64,000 bases of DNA, from UHGV virus genome UHGV-0332176; one strand, 5' to 3'. Under the pieces are notes generated by a model that saw only the letters and a list, made by a program, of their open reading frames with translations, made no database searches and had not been told where the DNA came from. A program made the translations under genes and the position numbers. Positions within the stretch are counted from its first letter, which is position 1. Each line of letters begins with the position of its first letter. This document shows positions 43,332-54,208 of this stretch, in pieces. This DNA is from a virus.

Positions 43332-44537
43332 TTAGATGAAACGTAAGTTAGCAACTTTAATTTTAGCTAAGAAGTCACCAGCGTTACCTAAAGAGTTAGC
43401 TGGGTTAGTTAAAGCAAAGAAACCATAACGTGTGCTTAATGCCATAACGTGTTCGAATGTATTAGGGTCTAAGATAGTACCTGATGACATTACTGGAATG
43501 TATGGGCAGTAATAAGCAGCAGCATCAATTTCATCTGAACCTTTATAACCAATTAAGATGTCGTCATCTTTTGCATATGTGTTAACATATACTTTTAATG
43601 TGTTATTTAAAGTACCAACGTATTTGTTATTTGTTGGAGCTTCAAATGTACCTTCTGTAGTTCTTACGAATTGAGAAGCAGTAGCTGATTGTAATACTGA
43701 TAATACTGTATGTGAAACTACTGACCAGTTAGCTGATGCTTTTCTGATTTTACGAGCAATTTCATTTGAGTATCTGTTAATCATAACAGCTAAAGCAGCG
43801 TGTTCGTCAACAACTGATGTAGCAACACCTGAAATTTTGTTTTGGTCATATGTTGCAACTGGTAAACCAGCAATAGCTTGTAATTTACCTAAAATTTCTT
43901 GGTCAATATCTAATACGATTTCTTGAGCTAAAGCAGAAGTTAATTCTTGTTCAATATTAGCACCGTATTGAGATTGAGCATCTTGCATAGCTTCTAATGT
44001 AAATCTTGCTTTTAATTTACGTGAGCCAGCTTTAACATCTTCTTTTACGAATTCAATGTTAATATCGTTACCACCTGTACCTTCTAATACAGCTGTATCA
44101 GCAGCACCTGGGTTAACCATATCTTCATTACCAGAATACCAAGCACCAACTAAGAATGGTGATAATGCTTCTTGACCAGCGATGATACCAGAACCATCAA
44201 CAGGAGAATTTGTAGCATATCTAATTCTCATAGTTGTAATTGTACCAGAAGGACCTGATAATGGTTGAACACCTACTAATTCGTGAGCCATAACTGTTGG
44301 CATAATACGTTTAATTAAAGGCATCATAACTTTGTTAATAATTGCTACGTTAGCAGCAACTGTTGAACCTTGTGTTGCGTGTTCTGCTAAGAATTGTCTA
44401 CGAACATTTTCTAAAACAGATTCTGTGATACGTCTACGAGATGCACCTTTAATATCAGAAACCATACCTTTTTTCAATCTATTCCAAGCGGTTGGGCTTT
44501 CTAATAATAACACGCCTTTATCAATATTTGTTGTCAT
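43332..44537 (-). CDS. gp23: Major capsid protein, T4 gp23 family
   Basis: HELVGVQPLSGPSG (cf. T4 FDICGVQPMNSPTG); GYKGSDEIDAAAYYCPYIP (cf. GYKGPNEMDAGIYYAPYV); GC-rich codon usage; RBS AGGAGAAAAAA. Confidence 0.93.
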   Translation of the reverse strand: MTTNIDKGVLLLESPTAWNRLKKGMVSDIKGASRRRITESVLENVRRQFLAEHATQGSTVAANVAIINKVMMPLIKRIMPTVMAHELVGVQPLSGPSGTITTMRIRYATNSPVDGSGIIAGQEALSPFLVGAWYSGNEDMVNPGAADTAVLEGTGGNDINIEFVKEDVKAGSRKLKARFTLEAMQDAQSQYGANIEQELTSALAQEIVLDIDQEILGKLQAIAGLPVATYDQNKISGVATSVVDEHAALAVMINRYSNEIARKIRKASANWSVVSHTVLSVLQSATASQFVRTTEGTFEAPTNNKYVGTLNNTLKVYVNTYAKDDDILIGYKGSDEIDAAAYYCPYIPVMSSGTILDPNTFEHVMALSTRYGFFALTNPANSLGNAGDFLAKIKVANLRFI

Positions 44538-44562
44538 TATTTTTTTCTCCTAAAAAATTACT

Positions 44563-45822
44563 TTAAAATTTACAGTTAGCAATAACTTTATTAATTTCTT
44601 CTTCTAAGTCACTACTTAGACTTCCTTCATTTAAGTCTATTGCATTTTTATTTTTATTTTCACCTGTTAAAAATGTAACTTTCTTACCCTCTTTTAACAC
44701 CTTGTCATTTTTATTTATTTGTTTTTGTGAAGAATTGCCTAAAATCATAGGAATGTATCTTTTAATTGATTCATTCAATTTTTCTGTAGGTACTTCTTTA
44801 ACCAAATTTTTAATCATATCTTGTTTATCAATGCCTAAATGTGCAATTGATTCATTAATGATTTTATCTCTTGACAATTTATTATTTAATTCAGTCAATT
44901 GATTAATTTGATTTTTTGATTCATTTAATTGCTTTTCTAACACTTTATTTGAATGCATTAATTTATTTTGTGATGCTTTTACTGATTCAAACATTGATTT
45001 AACAATTTTATCTTCATTAAAGAATTTAACAGCATATTCTCTTGCAAATGATTCAAAAATTTTCATACCAAATGCTTTTTTACGATTTTCAGCAATATCT
45101 TGACGGAATTGTTTTAATTCACGTGTAATAGTTTCTTGCATAAATTGTTGCATTTTGTTTGATGCATTTGCAAAAAATTCTTTTTTAGCATCAGAAATTT
45201 TTTCTTTTTGTTCTTGAACCAAACGAACACGTAATGAATCTAATGATTTCATTTCTTCTTTATGTGCTTTTGTTTGCATAGCAACTTGTTCAGAAATAAA
45301 TTTACCAAATTGATTTAATGCTTCACCTAATTGTTTACGGTCATTATAATGTTCAGTCATTTCTTTTTTAACTGATTCATTTAACCATTTAGATGCAGTA
45401 TCAATAAATTTTGATTTTTCTTCATCTAATTTATGTTGCATTGATTCTTGAATATTTTTTAATTTGCGATTAAAGTTTTCTTTAATCATTGCAGCTTTAT
45501 CAGCAACTTCTTTTGCAACATTTGCTTTTGCTTTTTGTAATGCAAGTTTTTCTTCAATTAATTTTTTTCTATGAATATCAATTTTTTTCATTTCTTCATT
45601 AATAGTTTGACGAGTTAATGTATCCATAGATTCAATAATTTTTTCTTTATCTTGTTTAGCTTGTTTAGATAATTCTTCATAAACTTCTTTACGAGCTTCA
45701 TTTTTAAGTTCTTTATATTTTTCTGTCATTAAAGCATTAAATGCATTTTTAGCATCAGCAGTTGTGATATTTAAACTTTCCATAAGTTTTTCATTTAATT
45801 CTTTATCTGTTAATCTTGCCAT
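44563..45822 (-). CDS. gp22: Prohead core scaffold protein (T4 gp22-like)
   Basis: 419-aa K/E-rich all-helical protein immediately upstream of gp23, in T4 order. Confidence 0.75.
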   Translation of the reverse strand: MARLTDKELNEKLMESLNITTADAKNAFNALMTEKYKELKNEARKEVYEELSKQAKQDKEKIIESMDTLTRQTINEEMKKIDIHRKKLIEEKLALQKAKANVAKEVADKAAMIKENFNRKLKNIQESMQHKLDEEKSKFIDTASKWLNESVKKEMTEHYNDRKQLGEALNQFGKFISEQVAMQTKAHKEEMKSLDSLRVRLVQEQKEKISDAKKEFFANASNKMQQFMQETITRELKQFRQDIAENRKKAFGMKIFESFAREYAVKFFNEDKIVKSMFESVKASQNKLMHSNKVLEKQLNESKNQINQLTELNNKLSRDKIINESIAHLGIDKQDMIKNLVKEVPTEKLNESIKRYIPMILGNSSQKQINKNDKVLKEGKKVTFLTGENKNKNAIDLNEGSLSSDLEEEINKVIANCKF

Positions 45823-45845
45823 TGTAATGGTCTCCTTTAAACCTT

Positions 45846-46529
45846 TTATTTACAACTCCAATTTCTAAACCAAGATACAATATCTTCATTTAGTTTTGAT
45901 TCATATTTATTGGAATTACTTTTTATTAAATCTTGTGCATTGTTTAATAATTTTTGACCTGCTCCTGTATACATTAATTTTTCATAAATTGGAGTTGGTC
46001 TTGCATCTTGAGCCGAAGGAGTTGCCACAATATCAACTGTAACAATTTCAAAATCTGAAACTGTGTTATCATAATCACTTACATTTCCTGAACCACGTGA
46101 TGAAACACCAAGTGGAACACCATCTTGTAATAATCCTTCAACTATTTTACCTGATGGAGTGCTTGATAAAATTCTCATTTTACCAATACCATCATTTCCT
46201 CTCATATGAATTTCTTCAATCGTATGAGAAACATTATGAACATTGATAACTAATGTATCTGGGTGGTCTAATTCTCCCAAAACACCACCGTAACTTTGGA
46301 TTTGTTCAGACAAATCATTTACTGCTCGTTCAATTTCGTGTCTTGGGTAAATACGACCATTAAGATTTTGAATTTCTCCTTGAATAAAGATACCTTTCAA
46401 ATACCAATGTTTTTTTCTATTACCATTTGCATCAACATAATCAGTTGGGTCAGCCATCATTTGTGACTGACCTGAACTGATATATTCTTGAAGAACTGGT
46501 TTATTTAAAATATTACCCATTCTTATCAA
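45846..46529 (-). CDS. gp21: Prohead protease (T4 gp21 family)
   Basis: YLKGIFIQGEIQNLNGRIYPRHEIERAV (cf. T4 YIEGIFLQAEVVNRNKRLYPKRILEKAV), GELDHP, GVSSRGSG. Confidence 0.88.
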   Translation of the reverse strand: MIRMGNILNKPVLQEYISSGQSQMMADPTDYVDANGNRKKHWYLKGIFIQGEIQNLNGRIYPRHEIERAVNDLSEQIQSYGGVLGELDHPDTLVINVHNVSHTIEEIHMRGNDGIGKMRILSSTPSGKIVEGLLQDGVPLGVSSRGSGNVSDYDNTVSDFEIVTVDIVATPSAQDARPTPIYEKLMYTGAGQKLLNNAQDLIKSNSNKYESKLNEDIVSWFRNWSCK

Positions 46530-46535
46530 TCCTTA

Positions 46536-47579
46536 TTAGTTACCCATCATTGATTTACCAGCAGCAGGTTTATTTGCTGGTTTTTCAACTTTATGCCATT
46601 GTTTAGTGCCTTTATTTTCAATAGAATCAACTTTTGGTTTTTTATCTGCTGATTGACCTTTTGAATCTGTTGAACTTACACCTAAACGTGGTTTTTTATT
46701 TAATTTCATATCAGGTAATTTACCAAAGTTCATTGTGCCTTTTTTATTAACACCTTCTTCTTCAGAAGTCATTTTTTTACGAGGGTCTGGAATATTTGAC
46801 CAACCTTCTTCAATGGCATCATCTGAACCATTTTCAGCTTCTAAACGATTTAAAATATCTAATAAATCGTCATAAGTTTCTTCTTTAATTTCAACTGTAT
46901 CATCTTCTGCTTCTGAATCTGATTCCATATCACCAGCTTCTAATTCATCTTCAATGCCAGCATTAATATCAGCTTCACCTTCTGCTTCTAAATCAGAAGC
47001 TAAATCATCACCTTCAGCTTCATCAACTTCAACATCAGTTTCAACATCTAAATCTGAATCATCATCTTCAACATCAATTTCTTCAATATCTGAATCACCT
47101 TGTAATTTTGATACAATTTCATCAAATAAATCATTGATTTCATCTGAATCAGCACCAGCTACTTCATAATCACTTCTTAAATCTTCAATAATTACCATTG
47201 CATCATCAATAGAAGCACCTTCTTCGCCATCACTTAATTTTAATTCATCAACAATATTTCTTAATTCATCTAATCTACCACGAACTTCATCAGGCATTTC
47301 ACCAGGGAATTTATCTTCTAATTCATCAATAGCTACTAAAACTTGGTCATATTGTTCATTTTTATCATCAATTACATCACCAGAAATTTCACTATTTAAA
47401 TCATCTCCCATATCAGAAACTTCCATACTTTCATCTTCTGCTTCTAATAAAGAATAACAATTTTTAGCTTTTAAATCCCATTGACGTTTGAAAAGACGTG
47501 TAGCCTTAGCTATATCATTATCATTAACCAAAGCATCAAATGCTTCTGCTAATAATTTTCTTTCTAATTCATTAGTCAT
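46536..47579 (-). CDS. Highly acidic prohead core/internal protein (gp68/gp67/internal-protein-like position)
   Basis: 347 aa; D/E-rich tracts; positioned between the portal and protease genes as in T4. Confidence 0.6.
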   Translation of the reverse strand: MTNELERKLLAEAFDALVNDNDIAKATRLFKRQWDLKAKNCYSLLEAEDESMEVSDMGDDLNSEISGDVIDDKNEQYDQVLVAIDELEDKFPGEMPDEVRGRLDELRNIVDELKLSDGEEGASIDDAMVIIEDLRSDYEVAGADSDEINDLFDEIVSKLQGDSDIEEIDVEDDDSDLDVETDVEVDEAEGDDLASDLEAEGEADINAGIEDELEAGDMESDSEAEDDTVEIKEETYDDLLDILNRLEAENGSDDAIEEGWSNIPDPRKKMTSEEEGVNKKGTMNFGKLPDMKLNKKPRLGVSSTDSKGQSADKKPKVDSIENKGTKQWHKVEKPANKPAAGKSMMGN

Positions 47580-47622
47580 TTAATTAACTCCTTAATTGTT
47601 AAAAAATTTTTTGTTCTATTTG

Positions 47623-47630
47623 TATTTATA
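47623..47630 (-). promoter_or_regulatory. T4-late-type promoter TATAAATA (minus strand) upstream of the core-protease-scaffold-capsid gene block
   Basis: Plus tatttata; 43 nt upstream of ATG 47579. Confidence 0.5.
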
Positions 47631-47715
47631 AAAACTTATTAAGTTTTAATGGAAATTAGTATTTTTTCATTGACAATTAAAATTTATATGTTATATTTCT
47701 TCATATAAGGAGATA

Positions 47716-48027
47716 ATGACAATGAAAAAACACATAGTTATTAAAAAGAATGATAATGAAAAACTTTATCAAGAGATTTTTAAAAAAGTTAAAAATCAAT
47801 ATGATTGGGCAATGAAAAATTCTGCTGAATGTCATTTTCCTTGGATGCCTTATTTTCAACAATATTTCTTTTCCAATATGGAAAAACCAAACTTTAATTC
47901 GGAAAAAATTAAAGATAAATTATATATTAAAGCATTAAGAGAGCTTAAAATTCTTCCTAGTGAAGGTGAAAAAGTTCGTGAATATATGTATAATGCATAT
48001 GAAACAAAATTTGGAAAGGATAACTAA
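47716..48027 (+). CDS. Hypothetical protein (~100 aa)
   Basis: Sigma70-like TTGACA-N17-ATATTT upstream; RBS AAGGAG. Confidence 0.5.
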   Translation: MTMKKHIVIKKNDNEKLYQEIFKKVKNQYDWAMKNSAECHFPWMPYFQQYFFSNMEKPNFNSEKIKDKLYIKALRELKILPSEGEKVREYMYNAYETKFGKDN

Positions 48028-48028
48028 A

Positions 48029-48373
48029 ATGCTATTTCATTATCAACTGGGTTTACCAAAAATTATTAATACAAATTTTGGTATTATGACATTAAAATAC
48101 GGAAAACATTCTTTAAAAGAATCTATATCAGACAAATATAGTAAAATTAATTTACCATTAACATTAGATACTTCAAAAGCAAAAGTAATTGAAATTGAAG
48201 CCAAAAATCGTTACGCTGAAAAAATATTGTATAGAATTCCGTACAATGATAATTATGATTTATTGTTAGCTGTTATGCCTGCTACTCAATTTGTTAAAAC
48301 TGTTTGGTTAAATAATAAAAATGATAAACATTATACATTAGATAAAACAAAATATGTTAATTTATTAAAATAA
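48029..48373 (+). CDS. Hypothetical protein, start at ATG 48029 (RBS AAGGA)
   Basis: The ORF-track start 47960 would overlap the upstream gene by 68 nt; an internal ATG with a good RBS follows the upstream stop. Confidence 0.5.
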   Translation: MLFHYQLGLPKIINTNFGIMTLKYGKHSLKESISDKYSKINLPLTLDTSKAKVIEIEAKNRYAEKILYRIPYNDNYDLLLAVMPATQFVKTVWLNNKNDKHYTLDKTKYVNLLK

Positions 48374-48396
48374 AGAGGGGAATTTCCCCTCTTTAT
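48372..48396. terminator. Bidirectional terminator (aaagagggg-aattt-cccctcttt)
   Basis: Between convergent genes. Confidence 0.7.
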
Positions 48397-48677
48397 TACA
48401 TTGGTATTCCTGCTCCTAAATCACCACCCATTTCTTCAGGATTTTCCAAAGAAGGTCCATATAAAATAGGAACAAAAACAGAATCTTGTGCTAATTCTTC
48501 TCTTTTTTGATTACGAATTTTTTTTAATCTGTTAATATCAGATAATTTTAATACTTTTTTTCTTTTTTTATACATTTGAGGAACATTTTTATCATCAATT
48601 CTATTATATGGTGAATCATTATTTGAATTATTATCTGTTTCTAATAAAATTGTTAATTCTTTTAACATTTCTTTCAT
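48396..48677 (-). CDS. Small protein between portal and acidic core gene (gp67-like position)
   Basis: 93 aa; 12 nt after the portal stop. Confidence 0.55.
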   Translation of the reverse strand: MKEMLKELTILLETDNNSNNDSPYNRIDDKNVPQMYKKRKKVLKLSDINRLKKIRNQKREELAQDSVFVPILYGPSLENPEEMGGDLGAGIPM

Positions 48678-48688
48678 TTTAATTTCCT

Positions 48689-50476
48689 TTATACAACTGG
48701 ATTTCCAGAAACACCTGTTGTTGGAGCTACACCCATACCACCTGCTTCTCCTGCTGGCATACCATTACCCATTTCTCCACCAAGCATACCACCTGCTTCT
48801 CCTGCTGGCATACCACCTAATGATTCTATGCCAGCATTCATATCAGCAGCCATATCATTTAAATAATCCATTGAAATATCTTCAATACCAACAGTTCTTA
48901 ATCCAGGAATTTGATTTTTATCTTCTGTTGGCAATTCAACATCTTCATTTTTAAATCTTTCTTGATTTTCAATAATTAATAAACGTTGATTTTCATTAAA
49001 TTCTTCTTCTGAAAGTTTTAAATAAAATTTTAATGCAAATTGTTTTGAAATATATTGATTTCCTGAAGCTGTAATAAAAGCATTTAATCTATTAAGTTTT
49101 ATTTCATCTTCTGATATTTCGGTAATATTTGATGGTTCATTAAAACTTAAATTAAAGCTATCTTCATTAACATTAACACCACGATGCTGTAAAAATTTTT
49201 TAAATTCTATATCTAATTCTGGACTTAAAATTTCTTGAATACGACAACATAATTTAAAAAATCTTAATTCTTGAACATATGTATTTGTTTTATTTGTTGG
49301 AAGTGTTCTTTCTCCATCAGTAGGTCCATAAGGAACCCAACATTGTGGAACATTCATTCCACGGATTAATAAATTTTCCCAATAAACCATATCATTGATT
49401 TCACCAAGAGCTTGTCCACCAGGTAATTTTTCAATTTTTGGCTGAATACCATCTGAATCAACAGGCAACCAATAATCTTCATTCATTGGAATAGAATTAT
49501 AAGCTACATCAATAGTATTAAATACACCATCTGTATCTTTTGCTGGCATACGTCTTTGAGATAATTCATTTTTTGCTTTTTCAAGCATTTGCTTACGTTT
49601 ATAACGTGGAATTCCACCAACAGGTATATAAAATACTAATTTTTCTGTTGCATTTTTAATTCTATATAATAAAATACAATCTTGTAAAAGCATTTTTTGA
49701 ATATAGATTTTATAAATTTTTTCTAATATTGATAAACCAAATGGAAAAAGTAAAACGTTATCTACATTCATTGATAAATGAATGACATTATCAGCAGAAA
49801 CTGGTAAAGTTGTATTATCATCTGTTGGATTTGGTGATGTAGATGCATTTGCTGTATTGCTTGCATTAACAACACCTGGAAAATTAGAGTTAATTGTATT
49901 TAATAAATTACGAGTAGTAACATCTGATTGGGCTGTTGTTGCAACTTTTAAAGGCACATTTAATTCAACATTTTTAATAACATAATGTGTTGGATTTTTC
50001 AAATCATCAACTACAACACCCAATACATCATATATATTAACTTTTTGTAATTCAAATGTATCTGGGTCACGAACAAAAAATACATCCCCGTATTTTAAAA
50101 CATCTCTAATGGTTGGATACATTCTTTTTTTCCATTCATTTGTTTTAATCCAATCATCCAATTCTTTTTCAATTGTTAATGTTTGAGAATCAGGTAATTT
50201 TTCATTAGCTACATAATTAATTTTAAATGGCTTATCTTTATCTGCTTGAATAATATAATCAACAATAGTATCTAATGACCACGAAATAATAGGGTCTTGT
50301 TCCATACCATCATAAATTGTATATCTTTCGCAACGATTATTTGGTCCTTGATAAACAACAGGAAGATAATTTTTATATCTATCATAAATAGAAGTCGTAC
50401 CATCTCCTGAATTACTTCTTACACCAAGTTTTGCTTTTGGTAATGTTACCGCTTTTAAAAATTTTTTATAAGACAT
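48689..50476 (-). CDS. gp20: Portal vertex protein (T4 gp20 family) with Gly/Met-rich C-terminal repeats
   Basis: LLYRIKNATEK...MNEDYWLPVDSDG (cf. T4 VIYRITRAPDRR...MTEDYWLQRRDG); C-terminal GMPAGEAGGM x2. Confidence 0.88.
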   Translation of the reverse strand: MSYKKFLKAVTLPKAKLGVRSNSGDGTTSIYDRYKNYLPVVYQGPNNRCERYTIYDGMEQDPIISWSLDTIVDYIIQADKDKPFKINYVANEKLPDSQTLTIEKELDDWIKTNEWKKRMYPTIRDVLKYGDVFFVRDPDTFELQKVNIYDVLGVVVDDLKNPTHYVIKNVELNVPLKVATTAQSDVTTRNLLNTINSNFPGVVNASNTANASTSPNPTDDNTTLPVSADNVIHLSMNVDNVLLFPFGLSILEKIYKIYIQKMLLQDCILLYRIKNATEKLVFYIPVGGIPRYKRKQMLEKAKNELSQRRMPAKDTDGVFNTIDVAYNSIPMNEDYWLPVDSDGIQPKIEKLPGGQALGEINDMVYWENLLIRGMNVPQCWVPYGPTDGERTLPTNKTNTYVQELRFFKLCCRIQEILSPELDIEFKKFLQHRGVNVNEDSFNLSFNEPSNITEISEDEIKLNRLNAFITASGNQYISKQFALKFYLKLSEEEFNENQRLLIIENQERFKNEDVELPTEDKNQIPGLRTVGIEDISMDYLNDMAADMNAGIESLGGMPAGEAGGMLGGEMGNGMPAGEAGGMGVAPTTGVSGNPVV

Positions 50477-50527
50477 TTAAATTCCTTATTATTTAATAAA
50501 AATATTTATTTTATAAAATTTTTATTT

Positions 50528-52729
50528 TTAAATTACACCAGTATTCTTTTCTCTTGCAACAAATCCAAGATTTTCTAATTGTTGTGTTTGTCTTTGTTGT
50601 CCTCTTTCAATTCTTTCTAATGCATCTAACATTAATGAATTTAATTCTTTTATATCTTTTTGAATATTATTAGAATTATTAAAACGTTGAGCTTCAACAT
50701 TTTGATTTGTTTGGTTACTTGTTGATGAACTATTTGAATTAAATGAAGGTTGTGAAGGTGGTACAACATTTTGAGATTGTAAAAACTGTTGTCTTTGTTT
50801 AAATAATTCTTCATTTTTTCTCATTAAGGCAGCTCGTTCTTCAGCTGACATTGTTTTTTGACCAGTTAATGCTAATTGAATTTTAGCAATTGATTCACCA
50901 ATCCAATTACCAGCTATATCTGCTCCTTCACCAGCCATTCCTAATAATGGACCATTAGCCCATAAATAAGCCTTTAAAGCATCAGAAGTTGCATCCAAAT
51001 AATTACCTTGACGAATATTTTGATAAGCCGAATAACCTTCTAATCCAACTCCCGCAACTGTTGCAGCTCCACCAACCATTTTTCCTATTCCAGCAAGTCT
51101 GCCCATTTTACCAATTTTGCCTATTTTTCCACGACCACCTTTTTTCCCTCTTTTTTTAGAATTTCCAAATAAATCCCCAATACCATCTAACGCACTATTA
51201 ACTGTAACTGTACCTGCATTAACTATCATTGAACCGACAGATTTAAATAAACTTGTTAATAAATTACCACCTAGAGTAGCACCAATTGTTAAAAATAAAT
51301 CTGTCCAATAATTACGTGAAAAATCATCTTTCATACGACTTATTGATAACAATACATCATTAACTTTATCTAATCCATTAGCTAAAACATCTAATTCTTT
51401 TCCAAAATTTTGTAAACTTTGTGTTTTAATATTTTCAATAGCAAGTGTTGCTCTATCTAATTCATCAGAAAAATGACGAGCAGATGATAATATTTGACTA
51501 TCAGTTGAATTTTCATTGTATGTTGAAAGTTTTTGACCCCTTGTTCCAACTGTTATTTGACCAAATAAAGCACTATTTTCAGGTCTATAAACTAAATTTG
51601 AATTTAATGCATCATTAACTAATGCTTGATTCATACGATTTCGTTCACTTTGATTTCTTTCAATTGAAGCATTAATAAATGCTATCATATCATTCATTTG
51701 CATATTTGGATTCCGAGCAACCATATTTCTTAATTGAGCATAATCTCTACCTTGCTGAGTTGCCATTGCTCCTAAATACTTTTCACTTGTAACATCATTT
51801 AGTATTAATGCACGAGCCATTTCTGGTCCAACTTGCTGTATAAGTAATTTTTCAAGCATTTCCATTGCAGGATTTGCATTACGTAATGCCTGAACTGCAA
51901 ATTCATCTTCTTTTAATTTATTTTCTTGCAAAATTAATTCAATACTTTTACCAGTTGCCATACTTAATTGTTTAAGATTTTTAGTATATAATTCAGTTTC
52001 TTTTCTTAAACGGTCTCTATCTAATTGTTCTAAGTTAGCATATTTTGTTCGGGTTTCAATATATTCTGATAAAATTGCTTCTTCTTCTTGACGGGTTGTA
52101 TTAAATTTACCAGAAATATCACCTAATGTTTGATTAAAAAAATTAACTCCGTCACCAAAAGAAGCGTTTAATCGTTGAATTGTTTGTGAATTTTTTGTAT
52201 ATAATTTAACTAATTGTTCTTGTGGTCTTGCTAATTCTTCTGATGCTTTACGTAAACTATCAAATCCTTGAGTAACTGAAACACCAGCACTTTCTAAATC
52301 TCTTAAAAAGCCCATTCTTTCCATATTTTTTTGGAAACTTGTTGCAAAACTTTCAACAATACCTTGAACAATTTTTGCTCCAATAGCTTTATTTCCAGCA
52401 TCTTCTTTAGTTTTATCTTTTTTCTTATTATCTTTATCTTCTTTAATGGCATTGTTAATATTATTAACAGCAGAAACAATTTTTTCAAAAGAAGTTTTTC
52501 TTTCATTTTTTTCAATATCAGATAATTTAATATATTTGTTCAAATTAACTGTTAATTCTTGAACATTCTTTTGTAAATCCTTACCATATTTTTTTGGAAA
52601 ATAACGACTTAATAATTCATCTAGTGGTTGAATTGAACCTAAATCATTAAAGCCAACAGCAACTTCTTTTCCTCTATGTAATACAGGAATACGAGAAGAA
52701 GTTTCCATTTCAATATAATCTTCTGCCAT
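50528..52729 (-). CDS. Coiled-coil structural protein with Gly/Lys-rich C-terminal segment (tape-measure-like or internal virion protein)
   Basis: 733 aa; long heptad-like helical regions; GKKGGRGKIGKIGKMGRLAGIGKMVGGAATVAGVGLEG. Confidence 0.6.
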   Translation of the reverse strand: MAEDYIEMETSSRIPVLHRGKEVAVGFNDLGSIQPLDELLSRYFPKKYGKDLQKNVQELTVNLNKYIKLSDIEKNERKTSFEKIVSAVNNINNAIKEDKDNKKKDKTKEDAGNKAIGAKIVQGIVESFATSFQKNMERMGFLRDLESAGVSVTQGFDSLRKASEELARPQEQLVKLYTKNSQTIQRLNASFGDGVNFFNQTLGDISGKFNTTRQEEEAILSEYIETRTKYANLEQLDRDRLRKETELYTKNLKQLSMATGKSIELILQENKLKEDEFAVQALRNANPAMEMLEKLLIQQVGPEMARALILNDVTSEKYLGAMATQQGRDYAQLRNMVARNPNMQMNDMIAFINASIERNQSERNRMNQALVNDALNSNLVYRPENSALFGQITVGTRGQKLSTYNENSTDSQILSSARHFSDELDRATLAIENIKTQSLQNFGKELDVLANGLDKVNDVLLSISRMKDDFSRNYWTDLFLTIGATLGGNLLTSLFKSVGSMIVNAGTVTVNSALDGIGDLFGNSKKRGKKGGRGKIGKIGKMGRLAGIGKMVGGAATVAGVGLEGYSAYQNIRQGNYLDATSDALKAYLWANGPLLGMAGEGADIAGNWIGESIAKIQLALTGQKTMSAEERAALMRKNEELFKQRQQFLQSQNVVPPSQPSFNSNSSSTSNQTNQNVEAQRFNNSNNIQKDIKELNSLMLDALERIERGQQRQTQQLENLGFVAREKNTGVI

Positions 52730-52739
52730 TTATTAACCT

Positions 52740-54143
52740 TTATAGTTTTTTATCTAAATTATTATAAGCATTTTTTAAACCAGAAGTGTCAATACCTTTA
52801 AAAAATTGTTTTAATGCACCGAATGTTGGTTCAATAACTAATATAAACATTACTTCACGTGTTGAATTATCAGTAAAAGTTAAAATAGTTCTTTGCTGAC
52901 CCATTGTTGTTGCACGTTCTGTTCTTGTAACAGTAAAAATACCATCTAAAACATCATCATAACGAATAACTTTAATATATTCATTTATATCTCCGTGAAC
53001 TAATAATCTTTTTGAAATTTGTTTAAATAATTCATTATCAGCTTCTCTAATTTCATCAATTTTTTTAAGTTCAATCTCTCTATCTTCTCCAAAAGAAGCA
53101 CTTGTTTGCAATTCAGACAAATAATATTTTTTAACTGTGCTTAAATTTGGAACATCTGTAAATATATAATTAACATAATTAACTTTACCAACATTTCTCA
53201 TAATATCTTTAATACGTTTAATAATATCATTTGCTGCTTTCCCTTTTAAAGCAAATTCTTGTTGTAAATCATAATCTTCATCTTCTTTACGAGTAGTTCC
53301 AACTAATTGATTAAGTAATTTAACCTGATTTGGCTTTTTTTCTTCAATAATTTCATATACATTATTAAACCATTTTTTTGTTACATTATCAAATAAATCT
53401 TGGGTTAAATTATTTTTATTTTTAACATATTCTTCTAAATTATCACCATACTTATTTTTTAATTCATTTAATTTAGCTTTTGATTCTGCTAAAGATGCTC
53501 CGCAATAATATAACTCATTATATGCTTTAATTAAATTTTCAATATTATCTCTACCAACAATATCTTGAAATTGTTCATTTGTTAAAGGAATTTTATTATT
53601 TGATAATGCCTGTTTAACAAATACCAATCTTTTATCATTTTCAATATCACTATCTTTATCAAATTCTTTATTATCAACATTTTCAATATTTTCATCAGAC
53701 GTATTTAAATTATCTTCATCTTTAAACAAATTTTGTTGAGAATTTTTAATTTGTTGTTCTTCTTCAGCAGCTTTTCTTTTATCATTTAAACGATTCATTG
53801 ATGCATCAGCCAAACGAGATGCTTGTTTATATAATGTTTTATAAACTTCTCGTTGGTTATTTGATTTAAATAAATTTGGTGTAACCATTTTATTGATTTC
53901 ATATTGAATTGCTTGTGGTTCTTCCATATCAATTAATTCATTTAATGTATTAACATCGTAACCTGCTCGTTCTTTTAATTTACCCCAAGCATAATCATAT
54001 AAATCTCTTTTATATTCTTTGATTTCATCATCAGACAATGTAATATCTTCCAATAAAAATTTATTACCATTTTTTTGTAATGCTTCATACAATTCATCGG
54101 TAACAACAAATTTTTCTTCATTTTTTAAGATATATTTAACCAT
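52740..54143 (-). CDS. Hypothetical structural-module protein (467 aa)
   Basis: Intact ORF between the 312-aa and 733-aa genes; AATAAATA late-like motif upstream. Confidence 0.6.
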   Translation of the reverse strand: MVKYILKNEEKFVVTDELYEALQKNGNKFLLEDITLSDDEIKEYKRDLYDYAWGKLKERAGYDVNTLNELIDMEEPQAIQYEINKMVTPNLFKSNNQREVYKTLYKQASRLADASMNRLNDKRKAAEEEQQIKNSQQNLFKDEDNLNTSDENIENVDNKEFDKDSDIENDKRLVFVKQALSNNKIPLTNEQFQDIVGRDNIENLIKAYNELYYCGASLAESKAKLNELKNKYGDNLEEYVKNKNNLTQDLFDNVTKKWFNNVYEIIEEKKPNQVKLLNQLVGTTRKEDEDYDLQQEFALKGKAANDIIKRIKDIMRNVGKVNYVNYIFTDVPNLSTVKKYYLSELQTSASFGEDREIELKKIDEIREADNELFKQISKRLLVHGDINEYIKVIRYDDVLDGIFTVTRTERATTMGQQRTILTFTDNSTREVMFILVIEPTFGALKQFFKGIDTSGLKNAYNNLDKKL

Positions 54144-54208
54144 TATATTTCCTCAATTTTATATGTATATGAATATTTATTACATCTAATTAAAATAAAA
54201 AAGCACCT

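Noticed and set aside
44332-44902. 73-aa and 66-aa plus ORFs
   Set aside because: Antisense within the capsid and scaffold genes.
46954-47169. 71-aa plus ORF (Ser-rich)
   Set aside because: Mirror frame of the acidic D/E tract in the prohead core gene.
48718-49985. 78-aa and 67-aa plus ORFs
   Set aside because: Antisense within the portal gene.
51117-52525. 64-aa, 70-aa and 64-aa ORFs inside the 733-aa gene
   Set aside because: Alternative/antisense frames of the larger gene.
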